The notes under the pieces are model-generated. The model was not told where the DNA came from. It saw only the letters and a list, made by a program, of their open reading frames with translations, and ran no database searches. 64,000 bases of DNA from Ramazzottius varieornatus (Eukaryota > Animalia > Tardigrada): positions 2,105,826-2,169,825 of the forward strand of contig BDGG01000002.1 in the NCBI GenBank assembly GCA_001949185.1, given 5' to 3'. The position numbers and the translations under genes are program-made. Below, piece after piece: positions 1-16,754 of the stretch. Position 1 is the first letter of the stretch. Every line of letters starts with the position of its first letter.

Positions 1-662
1 CCTTGTAGACGCCGGTTGTGTGGACTAAGAACCTGGGAGAAGAAGTTGCCGGAGGAAGCCAGGATACATGAACAACCTAACGCAATCCATTGCCGTCTCT
101 TCGCCACTTATTTCACCATCTACAAGATAAAATTCAATATGGCGTTTCACATCAGGCGGAAGCACAGACGTATCCTTGAGGGCTTTATGGATATTTCTGG
201 TACAGTGGTGCAGTACAGTTTCCTGGTCAGTAAACGTCGAACTAGCGCACAGTGCGTCTGATCGTCCATCTTTCAACCACTTTTCTCACTGTACTGAGAT
301 CCCCTTCGGAAATCGTCCAGTCTGGTGGTTTTTGAATTTCTGGCCTTGAGGCACCAATGTCATGTGGTACGAGTCTGCAACGCGTCAACAGTTTAACTAT
401 CTCCTACTGTAAGACGAAGAATCTTCGATATTATCCTATGAGCCACACAAATGGCACAATGTGATGTCGGCCGCGTACCGGGGCTTTTCGGCAGAAGCTA
501 GCCTGGAGGCATGTTCTCGGCAGGTAAACCCTTACCGAAATACAGAACGGATTGGCAAAAGATCTGGTCGTCTAGCTCTTTCAGCGCGGTGATTGGCGGA
601 CACGTGTACAGACGTTTGCTTAGTAGGGGTTCACCTGCTGAACCGTGCCTGAACGCAGCAGC

Positions 663-790
663 GGAGTGGAGGGACTGGAGGCAGTGGGAGTGGAGGGACT
701 GGAGGCAGTGGGAGTGGAGGGACTGGAGGCAGTGGGAGTGGAGGGACTGGAGGCAGTGGGAGTGGAGGGACTGGAGGCAGTGGGAGTGGA
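663..790. repeat. 24-bp tandem minisatellite (GGAGTGGAGGGACTGGAGGCAGTG), about 5.3 copies
   Basis: Unit visible directly; it generates the WEWRDWRQ / VEGLEAVG repeats in the ORF track. Confidence 0.95.
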
Positions 791-1480
791 AAAACTCGCA
801 CTGACGTCATGGAGACGCTCTCCTGAAAGCCGAGAACTGGTCGTCCGACATCCGCATCACTCCTTGGAAGTTCGGTCTATAACTGTGAACCGAACGGCTA
901 ACCAAATTTTCTCGCTGTGTGTTTTAAATTCTCATTTAGTCTCTCTAGCTGGCACTCCAAACGGATCTATTTGTTGTCTTGTACCTGAAGGATCGATCTT
1001 TATAACGATACTCGTTCCTGATCAACCGGGTGACTCCGTTTTAGTTACTGTAACTTTTTCCATCATCGTGCTGAGTAAACTTTTATCCTCTTAACATCGG
1101 GGAGGTCGTCGACTGAATTGTCGAGGCTAATAAAATTCCTGCCTTCCTGAGACAGAAGGGGACAAAGCACGGCCTTATCGCAGGCAGATGGTCCGCTTGA
1201 TTGGCTGTTTGATAGCCAGCGATAAATCCAACCTGTCCAAGAATCAAGATTCAAGATGACTCGAAGCTGTTTCCAACTTCTAAGTCCAAGATTTCTTCCC
1301 AGACTATCGTTTCATTCCTGAGACTAGATCCTGATACCTGATCGTAGTCCTCAACGGTGCGCAGCCGCACTTGGTTTCGGCTGGAACGTCGGTATACAAC
1401 CTGATCATGTGAAACACGCAGGAATTGTGAGAACTGCGACACGCACTTACTCTAACCGCTGCAGTGATCCATACGTCGTC

Positions 1481-4606
<3,126 letters not shown>

Positions 4607-7489
4607 ATGACAGGATGTTCATTCCGCTGTGCGCCTGCACTTATGTTCGTTGACTTCCGGAAAACTGTTTTTAGACTTGACTTGAAACCCTTCTTTCAAT
4701 TTTTTACCTCAGCTGTGTTCGTCACAAAAAGGTACTGATCGTTATTTTGTACTTCGGAGTTCGAAGAGGTAAGCCTTACACCTCGCTCGATATGAAATCC
4801 CCTCTCCCGCGTCACGCTTTGATGGTATTAATAATCCTACAACCTTCGAAGGCAACTGGAATTCCTAATATTCCTATATTTCTTTTCCAAAATTCTCTGA
4901 TCAAAATTAGGAATTTCAAAACAATGAGAAGACGCCTGACCTTGTGGTGTAAAGTGATCGAGACGAAGATCGTTTTACGCGAATAATGTTGGGCCATGTG
5001 GAAGAAATCCTACCCAGCCCGAAATATGCCTTGCCAACTCATAGATTTTACACCAACACAAAAAGAACTGACCGTGTATCCCTTGAAACACGTCTTCCTG
5101 GGGTTTCAACAGACCTTTAATCAAGTGACATGCTTAATATGTTTGCAAGATCTGAAAAATAGCGGAATTCCTCCCGGATTTCCTACTAGTTTTCCAGACT
5201 GCCAGTTTTCCAAAATAGGAAGTCCTCCGTTCCAAATCCCCCCCCCCCTTTGGAACGGAGAGGAATTCCTGGAAAGGAACGGAATTAGCAATGCACAACC
5301 TTAGCTGGAAGTCCGCCGGACAGGTCCGCAAAAAATTGGTACAGCGCTCCCGGTGGTCCCGGTATACGTAGGAGGTTGTGTCGCCTAGATTTCGAGATCT
5401 GGACCGGGGCGACTTATGCTTGGTGGTATGCGCTAGCATCATCCCTGTTACCGATGTCTTACCTTTTGGCCTCCCAATCTTTGTCTCTGTTCACCATTCC
5501 GCGCTGACCACACAGTGGTGCCCGGAGAGGTCCCAAAGCGGCGTGAAAATGGGCCAGCGGCAACTTGATCTCTTTAATTAAGGGTCCAGTAATTAGGCCA
5601 CAATTAGGCCTTAATTGCAAAAAAATCCAGATAATTTTGGTTGAAGTCACCGAGGTAGAACTGGAATTCCGTATATGGACTGCGCAAAGACAAAGCTTGT
5701 CTATCATACCAGAATTATAATCATCATTGCCCACAACCTTGGCTTTTTCTTATCTCGAATACTGGCATTAAATAAATTTATAACAGCATCATTTTCGAAC
5801 ATTGATCACGCTTGAGAATCCAGAAATTAAGCTCGAGATATCTGTAACAGTCTATCCATGAATCTACGTATAACGACCAAGACCTCTGCCGGTAAACGCG
5901 TTGTTGATCCGTAAACGTGCCAGGCAAACCACAGTTACTCGCACAAAAAATATTCAGTCACATGATGTCGATGTGAAGTCTTTAGACTCGCATTCGGCAT
6001 CAGCTTAAGATAATTCTGCTTGCTGCACTAACGAGTGCCGGTGCGGGCGGGCGGACAGAAGGCCAGGCCTGGGCGAGATAGGAGACTACACTGGTTTTTG
6101 AGAAGACTATAACTTCCCAGCTACGATGTGCTGGAATTGCAGGTAAACATATGCTACTTGCATTTTTAAGTTTCTTCACCCACTTTGTTTGATTTTTAAA
6201 ATGGCTATAACCACACTTCCAAGCGAATGTAAAAGTTTCAGAGCTCCCTTTTTCGTGCATGAAGATTTTTTGGACGGTTTTTTGCGCTTAAATTACCGTT
6301 CAGAGAACAGCCAGTCAGCAATCTATTGATTGCTGACTGCACGAACGACACTTTTAGTACTAACGCAATGGTTCGGAACTCGACTAACAGTGATTTATCA
6401 TCGAAACAGCAGTCGCAATAGGAACAGCCGTTTATTCCGAAAAGCCGACTGGTATACGTAAGCCGCTGGACAGTGTTGTTCCGATACGACAGCGGAACAA
6501 ATTCGAATCCGGTCGCCCATGTTAAGTCTATGGCTACAGCGGGCCATATCGGAATTGAATTCTGCATTATGCATTAAAATACATTGTGTCGGAACAATGC
6601 TACTGTACCGCTGGGTTTACACTTTCTGGACTCGCAGATTCCCTACTACGCAGTACGCACCGTGTATTGTATATGTTTGGGCAGCAACGATCTTGGTCCT
6701 AAAGCTGCCTTCGAATCTTCGTAGCTACGCATACGTAATGCCTTATTCTTGCGCGTTAAATTGAGACGTCAAGCAAGAAACATTTGCCGCACTGGAAACT
6801 TGTGTTGGGCATTCTTTTTCAAAGCGCAGGTTCCTTCGAGTCTCATTCGGGTAGACCTGGAGCAGTGTTTCACGAGAAGTTTGGGAAAGACGATTACGTA
6901 ACCGAGAAGCATGCCGACGCTACTATTAACAAAACTGATTACAGTACTCGTACACTCCACTCGCTCGAAACGTGTACAAAATTTTTTTGATTTCGATGCA
7001 AGGCCCGCTAAATATTCACCACATAGCATGCCCGGCTATGGACCAAAATTACATAACACATATACTGTATTGAACTACCCTTTAACTGAAGTAATCAACT
7101 AGTCAAGTCGCATCTAGTCAAGTCGTAACTGTCGTTGACTTTGCATGTTTTTACGTTTTAGAAAGAGCAAATTTTTAACGCATTTCGGGCGAGTGGACTG
7201 TATTGATATTGATCATTATGATTGCTGACTGCTCAAACAACAGGTGTTTTCCCAGCTTAATGGTTCGGAACGTGACGTAATTATAGGTACACTAGACTCA
7301 GACGTACCCCATATGCTTGGGAAAAACATGGTCCTAATGCATACAAACGTCCCGTTCGAAAAGCCGACTGACAGCACTAGCTAGGTTTACTTTTCTCGAG
7401 CACTTACATCCGTTACCTTGTTTGAATTATTTGAATTGTAGAGAGATTTGCCGTGAGGCTCTCCCCGTAGCCCTGTTCATGCGTGTCAC

Positions 7490-8450
7490 ATGGAAAATGC
7501 TACGAAAAACACCCTAATTCATGGAAGCGAGAATTTGTCGTACCTGAAGTCTTGGAAAGCGAATTCCGACCGTATCTTATTTGGAACGCTTGGAAGAATG
7601 AATGACGAGAAGTCCTGGGGCAAGGACGAGTCGTACTCAACTGAGAGACATGCAGACACTGATGAGCCACCGTCCGCCAAATTAGATTATCTGAACACAC
7701 TGGCGTATGCTTCTTTGAGCGTTTCAATTCTTGGATTAATCGGGACGTTGTACATCATACTGTGCGCCAACCCATGGTAAGTTGAGACAACGGGTGTGTT
7801 AAAGTGATGTTGCGTTGAGCAATCTTCCAATCGTCTACACTCTACAGGGTGTGCTCGGAAAGACCGGTACTTCGGCGAATAACCGACAACGATTTCGTTC
7901 TGGTGAACCTAGCCGTGGCTTTGGTCTTGTTCCACGCGTCTTATCTGGCAGGACTCCATTCCATGAGTAATGACAACTCCTGCTTAGTAGCTGGGCTCCT
8001 TGTTCACTTTTTCTGGCTGGCCTCGTTCATATGGGAGGCTGCCGAGGGATATCTGTTATTCAACGCTTTTTTGAAATTCGGAAAATCGTTCACTCGATTC
8101 AAACTGAAGTCCTTTCTGGCTTGTTGGGGTATATCAGTTCTGATTGTCAGCACCAGTCTCCTCATCAATGCAAAGGCCTACATCGGTGATCCGTAAGTCT
8201 GTGGTACAGTGAGCATGACTTTAGAAAACACAACCGATTTCCGATTCGTCGTATTGACACGGATTGTTTTTTATTTTAGACCCAGGTGCTGGCTCGGCCC
8301 GAAGTACGTCGCTCAGTTCTACGGGCTGTTTCTGGCGCCACGCTGCCTTGTTCTGACGGGGAACCTGATAGTCTGTTTGTGCGTTCTTAAAGGTAGGTTA
8401 GTTTATTACCGGAGCACCGAACACATATCGTATTTCTCAGTCCCCCTACG

Positions 8451-8493
<43 letters not shown>

Positions 8494-8812
8494 GTTTTCC
8501 GCAGAGATATTCCAGTCCACCAAGACATCAGAACTTGAACTGCGGTCCACCAAGAAAAAAGAAGGACTTCAACTACAGGTGCGATGGTGCCTGGCACTCA
8601 CCGTATCGTTAGGCATTCCGTGGATGCTAATCAGCCTGTGCGAAATATTCGGAAAAGACAATCATGGCCAAGAAGGACTAATCATCTTAATTATCCTTTG
8701 CTGTGGATCACATGGCTTGGCCATGTTCCTGGTTCAATTTTGTTCCAGAAAACGACCACGCAAAGCAGCTTGTCAAGACCGAACGGCAAAAACATCCGTG
8801 CCACCACGGTAA
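7490..8812 (+). CDS. Secretin/adhesion-class (7tm_2) GPCR-like protein with a short N-terminus; exons approx 7490-7776, 7849-8193, 8280-8392, 8505-8812
   Basis: TM1 YASLSVSILGL; TM2 VNLAVAL; TM3 CLVAGLLVHFFWLASFIWEAAEG (family B LHYFxLAxFxWMxxEG-like); TM4 WGIS; CWL after TM4; TM6 LGIPW; TM7 SHGL. GT-AG introns. Confidence 0.8.
8453..8487. repeat. (TA)n microsatellite in an intron
   Basis: Directly visible. Confidence 0.95.
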
Positions 8813-10468
8813 GATAATGTTGAAGACCGCAAATGCTCGTAAAATAAATGTACTTCCACCACGTCCTCATAAAATTATGAATTTTTGGTTCTTTTATATT
8901 CCGTCTCGCAAATGTGAACCCTAAATCGCGCAAGGGTACAGTTACCATGTCTGATACGTTTGTCTCAGAATATCAGGATGATCATCTAGCCCTCATTGGA
9001 AGCGAACACGGATTGAACGGCGGATTAGAAACCGTTCGTGTGCTTCACGTCTTCAGGACTCCGTTTGTTCGCGTGAGGGAACTGGCCGCTTGTGTAACAA
9101 GGATTGGACGTTTTTATCCGAGACATGGACATGATACAGACATAAGGCAGAATTCGTGAAAACGCCAGCGCAGACCGCAAGAAACAAACAACTTTCGAAA
9201 GAAGATGTTGTTACTGTTAAAAAAGTACTTTGACAAAGAAAAACACCAGAAAATACTTTCTTCCACCGAGAAATCTCCGTTTCAGTGTCAGTCGTGGATC
9301 TAGTCTCTTCAAAACAACAGGTTGAGAGTTAGCAGATCATACTAAACGCAACACTTCATCAGCCCCTCAGCACCGACGACACCGATCTTCACCGATCTCT
9401 TTGCCGGATGAAAATGTCATGATGTGGTCGACGGCAGCTTCCACTCTTCACTACTCCATCCCGTTCTCGAGTATCTGCGTTAGTTCTTCCCTTCCGCTGC
9501 TAGTCTCTGACCAGCAATCCGTGGCCTGCAGGAGAGAAACCAAGATCAGAGTATGGCACGGCGAGCAAGGACTTGACGCGTGACCCCCCTAGCCCTGGCA
9601 AGGCTGTGCCGAGAATTCTCACCGCTCGCTTTTGGTTCTGACATCTTTGGCTGGTTTGATCATCTCTATGGCTGCTTTCTTCCTCTGCTCTGAGCTCGAC
9701 AATCGGGCGAACATACTCTGCAAGACAAGACAGACAGGTCAAGACAACGCACGCAAGAAGCGCTAGCATTCTTAGACAAATCCCAACAGATAGTCCTACC
9801 TGACAACAGCTGTACCATCTGGGGCGATCCCCTCAGCTCGCAAAAACAGTTTCTCCAGCTCTTCTGTACCATTGGTCTCCATTTCCAAGTTGTCTGCTTT
9901 CGATGGTGGCAAGATAATTTGGAGAGAAGAAGGAGAAACAAGAAGCAAACGAGAATAAACGAAAAGCTCAGCCACAGTGGGATACGAGTCACTCCTACGG
10001 GTTACAACCCGAAGGGGCGCAGTAGTAGACACTATGGCTCAGCCGTTGAAATTAAATTTCGAAAATGAATTTTCAAATTCAGCCAGGCTACAGCAGTGCA
10101 GCCCGACTTGCGCAAGCTGAGCCAGCAGACGTGACGCCAGAAGCGCGATCAGTATGATGGCTTGATAAACTTGATTCGCCAAAAGGCTGTGTCTCGAAGA
10201 TACACGGTGTCGAGGAGACTGCGCACTACAGGCACTGGCCAACGTTTTACGTAGGTTTCTGTTTTCGCTTTCCAATGAGGGTAGATGTGTACCATGCAAC
10301 CAGTAAAGGGCAGTAGGTTTCAGAACGTGTAGCAGGAACCTCCAGGCTTTTCACCGTAATAACATGTATTGTGCGTGAAAACTATCCCATTTATTTATGT
10401 TTAAGAAGGCATAACCACTTGGCGCCAGTATTTTTTAGAATTGAAAGTGAATGTCCTACGTCTTTTTC

Positions 10469-13400
10469 CTAATTGAGCCTGGGCTTTATCAACACCTTGA
10501 AAGGCTTTGGTCGGTGAGCCACCAGCAGTGCACTGTACTCATGGATTCCGGGCAAAACTTCACCGTCCGGAACACTGAACTCAAACCGGTGAAAGAGATT
10601 GGCCATCAGGACCCAAATCATCTGCTGTGCCAACTCCACACCGGGGCAACTTCGGCGACCCAGTCCTACAAAATCCCTTGCAGATTGGTACCCTGGAGGC
10701 GGAGGCATGTGATAAGTCTGCCGACAGAGACGACAAGAGCTTACCGATAGACCAATGAATATACTGCGGTGGCAGAGCGTATGACTTCCCGTTATCTGTC
10801 AGAAACCGTTCCGGTTTGAAGGTGAATGGATCAGGAAAGTACTCCGCACTGTAGTGGACAGCCCAGAAATTTGGAATGATCTGAGTCCTCGCCGGAATCG
10901 TGTAGCCGAGTAGCTTTGCTGCTTTCGGGTTCTCGCGAGATTGACCCAGTGGTGTCTCACCGCACATTCGGACGACTTCGTACATTGTCGAACTCATATA
11001 GGGAAGACTCTCTGTAACAGAAAAAAGTACATTCTTTTTGATCTCTATGCTCGGCATTTGCTGATGGTTTACATATTGATATGAGGTGCCCATGAAACAG
11101 ACAGTGCTACTTCCCGAACGGACCCTAATATTTATTATGTCCCACTGCTACCTTTATCGGCATAGGTGATACGCTTCCGGTTTCCGACCACACGAAAAAG
11201 TTCGTCCTGTAATTGCTTTTGCCGTTCACGGAACTTCAGGTGATAGAATATGGAGTACCACAGGATAATAGCAGTTGCTTCAGGGCCAGCAGTAAACATG
11301 CCGTTAAGACACGAAAACAGGTCCTCCTTATCTGAACAGACAAATAATTATTTTAGCTTATGCTAGGTATAAGATGGAATACAGGGTGATTCCAATTCAC
11401 TCGACGGATTTTGAGACTCTATAACTAATTCCGCACCAATTCACCTGCCGTCGTATTTCATCCTCAGATATCTCGAACACTTGCAATTGTTTCTTTAGAT
11501 TTTTGCGAAGATCGCGCGTCACCCAAAAAATTCTTTGCAGAAAGTTTCAACAAGGCGGAAATCGAGGTCTCGTTTTAGACTTGTATACCCGCATGCTTGA
11601 GCGTAACTCGCTGCCGAACGAATACCTTTAGAAGTTTTCCGCTAACGCTATGTTGTTTGAAACTTTGTAGGCCACTGTATAAAATTTGGCCTCGTTGGGA
11701 TATTCCACACTGGCGAGTTCTACGAGAGTCAACTGGGTGACCGGCACCGACTGCAGTGAAAACTTTTTCATTATTTCCACTTTCTTAAATTTTATGCGAA
11801 CTAAAAAGGATGAAAAATATATTTCAATTACAAGCACGAGTAAGTATCCATGAAATAAAAGTGATCCGACTGGTCTCACTTGTCGTGCGTTTCAGCAATA
11901 AATATTTGAAATAAATTATGGGTTTTTGACCGAGAAATGCCACCTACTAAAAATTTTATTTAGCCCAAGTACAGGAGGCCTTGCTCGCAGGATGTATACG
12001 CGATCAAACGCCTAGAGACTGCCCCGTTGATAGAGGGAGTGCACAGCAAAAACAATTCAGATAGAGCGCAGCTACCGAATCCGTATGTCAGTTGAGTGAT
12101 GTTTTCCGGGTAGTCTGTGTTGAATTTTTTGTTTTTTGGGATACACCTGATCTTTGCAAAATTTCTAGAAAACGATTTTTAGACGCATACTGTACTTGCG
12201 TATTAAATCTGAGGGCAGGATAATCAGTGCAGAATTTTCAGTCGTTGTTCAAAATCCGTCGAGTTAAGTGGAATCACCCTGTATGACAGCAGTGTACGGT
12301 CGACTTACCAGCCATTGCCAAAAGGGCTTCCGTGTCCATTTTCTCCTTTTGCACTCGGATGTACACATCGAGGAAATTTCTCAAGTCCTCCTTGCGGTAG
12401 GTCTTGATGTGGCTCTCCAGCGACTCTTCCAGAACAGTGCGGACTTTGCTTAGACCATGCAGCTTTCCGACCACCCACCCGGGAACCGCGCTTATCCTGC
12501 AATAGTACACAATAACATTTTTGTTACTCAGGCAATCTATGAATCAGAAACGATAGCTGAAGGGTGGATCCACCGTACTTACTGACGTAACTTGCTTCCA
12601 ATGAGGATCGACATAACGAATCGGACAAAAACCGGCCAAGACTGAAGGGTCTTCTCTTCATAATCGTACCGTTTACCGAACAGAATCATGCCCAGAATGT
12701 TCATGGTGGCTTGTTTGATGTCGTAAAATGGCATCATGGCGTGCTGTCCGCTCTTCCCGTGCTGAACGAGAGCGTCATACAGTTGCTCAAACTCGTCCAA
12801 AATCAGCTCGTCCACTCGGGCGCCATTGACGCCCAGATCGCGCAATGTCCTGACAATAAAGTCATGCTGGGCGTAAAACTTTTCTCCCTCCATATTCATG
12901 ATACCTGCGCAGAGAAAAAATTACGTTTTGTACCATGTTGCTTATTTCACTAAATTAATTTACTTTTATGTGTATTTTGCTAAATAACCATGCCAATTAG
13001 AAGTTTTGGCCAAAATCAGTAAAATCTTGCGTGAGCGGCAGCTTATGATTATGCCTGTGGTTGTTGTCGAATAAACGTATTTTATGGGTAGAGTGACTGA
13101 CAGCACAGTTTTTGATGTCTATACAACAGAAACCTGTTCAACATCTTTCTGTGCCGGCAGGCAATTTACCATGTATCTTGCCATCTTTCCCGGTAGAAAT
13201 AAACTCGGTGATGGGATCTGGTCCACGACTTTCGAATTCATCCGCTTGGTCGTTCAACGCTGCCTTGATCGAGTCATAGTCGTTGAGAACCACGCTGAGC
13301 TTGGTCCCGTAGTTGAAACCCAGCGTTCCCAGCCGCATTGTCATAATATTCCCGTATTTTTCGGTCATTTTTGCAAGGCTTATCCATGGATAATGGCCCA

Positions 13401-13655
13401 GAAATGGCACGTAACCAAAAACTGGCAAACCTAAAATGGACAGAGTTTTCGGACCTGTCAAAGTTTCCCAATGCGTTGCTCAAAACAACTCAGCCGTGAA
13501 AAGGCAATTGAGAAAGAAGGTGTGAGGGAGTTACTTAGCCTCGGCCCGGGCGGCATGTTCGGCGGTCTCTTTTGCAGAAGAAGCCAGCTAACAAAAGCGC
13601 CCACCAGGATGGCCAGCGTGGTCCCTGGTCCGAGGAGAGTACCCAAGAATGTCAT
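10469..13655 (-). CDS. Cytochrome P450, CYP2-clan-like, 7 exons, reading frame apparently intact (about 510 aa)
   Basis: N-terminal anchor plus PPGP hinge; KYGNIMTMRLG; LRDLG; LFGKRYDY; I-helix FTAGPEAT; ExxR (EVVR); PERF; heme Cys in GRRSCPG. Exon phases join without stops. Confidence 0.92.
11382..12281. mobile_element. Non-autonomous Tc1/mariner-type element (900 bp) in a P450 intron
   Basis: About 33-bp TIRs CAGGGTGATTCCA(A/C)TT(C/A)ACTCGACGGATTTTGA at both ends, flanked by TA on each side; no transposase ORF. Confidence 0.88.
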
Positions 13656-16600
13656 TTCAGCGGTGCAGTAAGATGTTGGTGAATCAATTTTGAACAGCAG
13701 ATATACGACCATGAAGTGCTTAGGTGTCAGAAGCGAGTAAGAGGGTGCAGTGTCTATCACTGCCTGCAACTCGGTAGAAAACTAACGGTATCTAACATGC
13801 CGATCAGCTTTTGCCAAGTAAATTGCTTATCAGTGTACAGTGTAAACAAGCGCAGTATGTACTCGATGAAGCCTTGACACTGGCATATCAGCGTGTGCCT
13901 GTGTACCGTTATGGAAACGTACCACCACAGTGAGACTGACATTTTGAATATTTTTTAAGCTGATTTTGCGGAAACGATGGCTGACCGAAAGTGCTGGATT
14001 GGATGCTTGTGGTGGGGAACGAAATTTCGCATCCACGGTCGAAAATTGGAGGTGATCTGATGGTTAGTTTAAATGCTAGCCGGTTGCGGCATCTTTCGTA
14101 ATCTCATATTTGCGGAAACATGGATTACCGCGCACGCACAAACTTTATGGCACTCGGTGCATAAGCGGTCTTCGCGCCTCAGAGGAGTCTCGTATGGACA
14201 CTATCGAGAAAAGTCGGGTTAATTTGCGACAACTGGAGCGAAAGATACACAATGCTCTTAAGCATGTACGTCGAACTAGGCATTCAACAGATCACGCAGC
14301 TGGAGAATTCCCTACCCAGAAAGTCTGAAATCCATCATTCTACTGCGAGCCAGCTCCGACTGGTCACTGTCACGATAATACGCGGCGAAGCTGGGGCGAA
14401 CTGGCTCCAATCAATGAGTTATGGCTTGATTGAGCGCAGTCGATGATCAATCAAGCTGGGCAATCAACTCACCGCGCGAGTTGAACGAATTTCAACTCGA
14501 AAAGCAATTTCATTTTCTTCGATTTAACGGTCGCTTTATCTCGCTCCTTTGAAGTAATCCTTCCAGAACGTTTCAGCTTTTGCATATCCATGTGGTTCTG
14601 TGCTCATGTTGATGGGCAGGTTTACTGGCCTGTTTGCTAATGGAGAGGAATCCAGCTGGGAGAGCGTTGTTAGTGAAGCGTGTTCTGGATTCACCTAAGG
14701 TAAGTCTACAACGGCCGGCCATTCTTCTTTCGACATTGAAGCTGCCAGCTGAACGTCTGCCGCTTCAGGTTCTGCATCGTCACTGCAGGTGAGAGGGGAG
14801 TTCCCTTTCCGCATCTTTTGTGCGTTCTATGTCGGTGGAGTTAGCCGAATCCAGGTAGGAAGGACATCTTTCCGCTGCGGCAACGGCTTTGATCAACTTG
14901 CCGAACTCGCGCAAAATGGACAGTCTCAACATGGGCTGGTGCGTCACCTAGCATTTTTCTCTTGCAGGCCTTGAGGAAGTGATACGTGGTTTACTACCCA
15001 CCACAAAGCTCTGTTCCTACCTCCTGGTCATCCTTAATCGGGCAACTCTCACAAGCTCCCGGTGAACCGTAATTAGGAGTGGGAGGAAGAGGTGAGATCT
15101 GCTTTATGTCTTTTCGGAAATTTCGTTCGGCTGATTGTTGATTGTCTAGAGTGATCAACAGCGGCACGGCCTTGGCCGCACACATGTGTGCAGGACGAGG
15201 CCGTGCCCAGTTCAACACAGCCTGTCAACCCGACAAAGCTTCGACCCGGATCGTTTTCTTGGTGGAACGTGGCAGTCTATCCTGTTTATCTTGTTAACAG
15301 CTAAACTGTTTCGTCTTTGTTTCTACAGGGTGCTTTGGGGATGGATGGAGGATGTGTAGAAAACCGGAAAGGGAACTCCCAACCTGACTCACGGGTAAGT
15401 CAATGCCTGATGCTCCCAGTCCTCTGATGATAAGACGATCTTCGCTCAACGACAGGCTTGTTCTAGGTCGCGTATTCGGCACATGGGAACATCTAATAAA
15501 GACTGGAACACCGTCAGCGTCGTTGGAGCCAACGAGTATCCCTTCGCTGAACAGCAGAACGTTCCCGTGTTTTCTTCAGTGTTTCTTTTGCCGACGCGAC
15601 ACTGTTTTCCTGGACGTCGGGTATCCTTTGAGCTTGATTTTGGTATGTTGATTTCAGTGTCCTGTTTTGAAATTGCTGTGTTCTATTTTCCAGAAACTAG
15701 GGTTGCTTTCGCTTGGATTTTTTTCGAAAACCGAAACTTTTTTACGCTGTTGTCTAAGCAGAATTTCGCCTCAGCTTCGACTGGCAGCTGTTCGGAAGCT
15801 TCGTCTGGGCTCTGAATAAAACAACGACTGAACTTCGACTGAGTTTCGACTAAGCTTCATATCAGCTCCGGCTGAGTCTTTAAAAGCCCCCCGCGAATGT
15901 AAGAGCTGAGGCGAAGTATAAAATGGAAAGTACTTCGCCTCAGTACGACACACCGCTGGGAATTTCTGGATAGGGTGGGCCTAAGCCACGATCGGCACTC
16001 CGTTGGCAGGCTACTCCTTTCAGCGTATTATTCCATCCATAGCGACTGGCAATAACCGTGTGGCTTTATACAGCAAGATGATCCTCTGCGGCGCACTGTC
16101 AAGAATGAGATACAGCAACGTCGTGCGGTAATTCAGCAGATCAGCTTCAGCTTTCTGTAGGTGTCCAACAGGTGGCAGTCGCGTTGTGCTCAGATGGACC
16201 ATATGAATGGTCACCGAAGAGATAACAGACACTCAGGGATATTTTTGACCCTACAAACGGCGGAGTTGACAGAGTAATCGCTTGCATACAGGAGTCGAAA
16301 AGCCTGGCTCAACCACGATTGTGTCACTAACAGCTTAGGAAAAGCCTGTACACATATGGGTATCTCCATACGAGAATGTGTCCAAAGCATGTCTGACCAA
16401 ATTTTTCAGGAGCGCAGTTTTAAGTTTTCGGACCCCAAGGGCAAACTTGAACGGAACTTGTACCAACATCAAAAAGAGTCTAAGGAACACGAATCTGAAG
16501 TCCGAATCGACTTTCGACCACTGGTCAATAAGTTACGAATATTTTACTGGAGGGTGACTAGTACCAGTAACAATGCAAGCTTAAATTGACAAACAGAAAA

Positions 16601-16754
16601 TATTCGACCGCGAAGAAATGCGCAGATGCTGGAAAGCTTATCGAGAAAAGGTGGAGAAGATCCCGAGAATAAAAAATGCTAAAGAAAGGAACTGATGGTG
16701 ATGGTTGAGAAGGAAGTAAACAAAGCGTCTGGCTGTTATCTATAGAAAAAGAGA

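Noticed and set aside
511-1094. ORFs with WEWRDWRQ or VEGLEAVG repeats; possible CRISPR-like array
   Set aside because: These are translations of a 24-bp tandem minisatellite with no spacers and no cas genes, in a eukaryotic context.
1-1442. Minus-strand ORF fragments upstream of ATG16
   Set aside because: Stops occur in all frames and I recognise no motif. It may be a decayed gene but cannot be supported.
5227-5258. Hairpin CCGTTCCAAA-C-run-TTTGGAACGG as a Helitron end or terminator
   Set aside because: No matching 5' end or properly spaced CTRR was identified.
9500-10032. Short minus-strand ORFs, one with a signal-like start and a KR site (neuropeptide precursor?)
   Set aside because: No amidation or repeat pattern, and no convincing exon model.
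14600-15960. Scattered splice-like signals and short ORFs
   Set aside because: No coherent reading frame or known motif.
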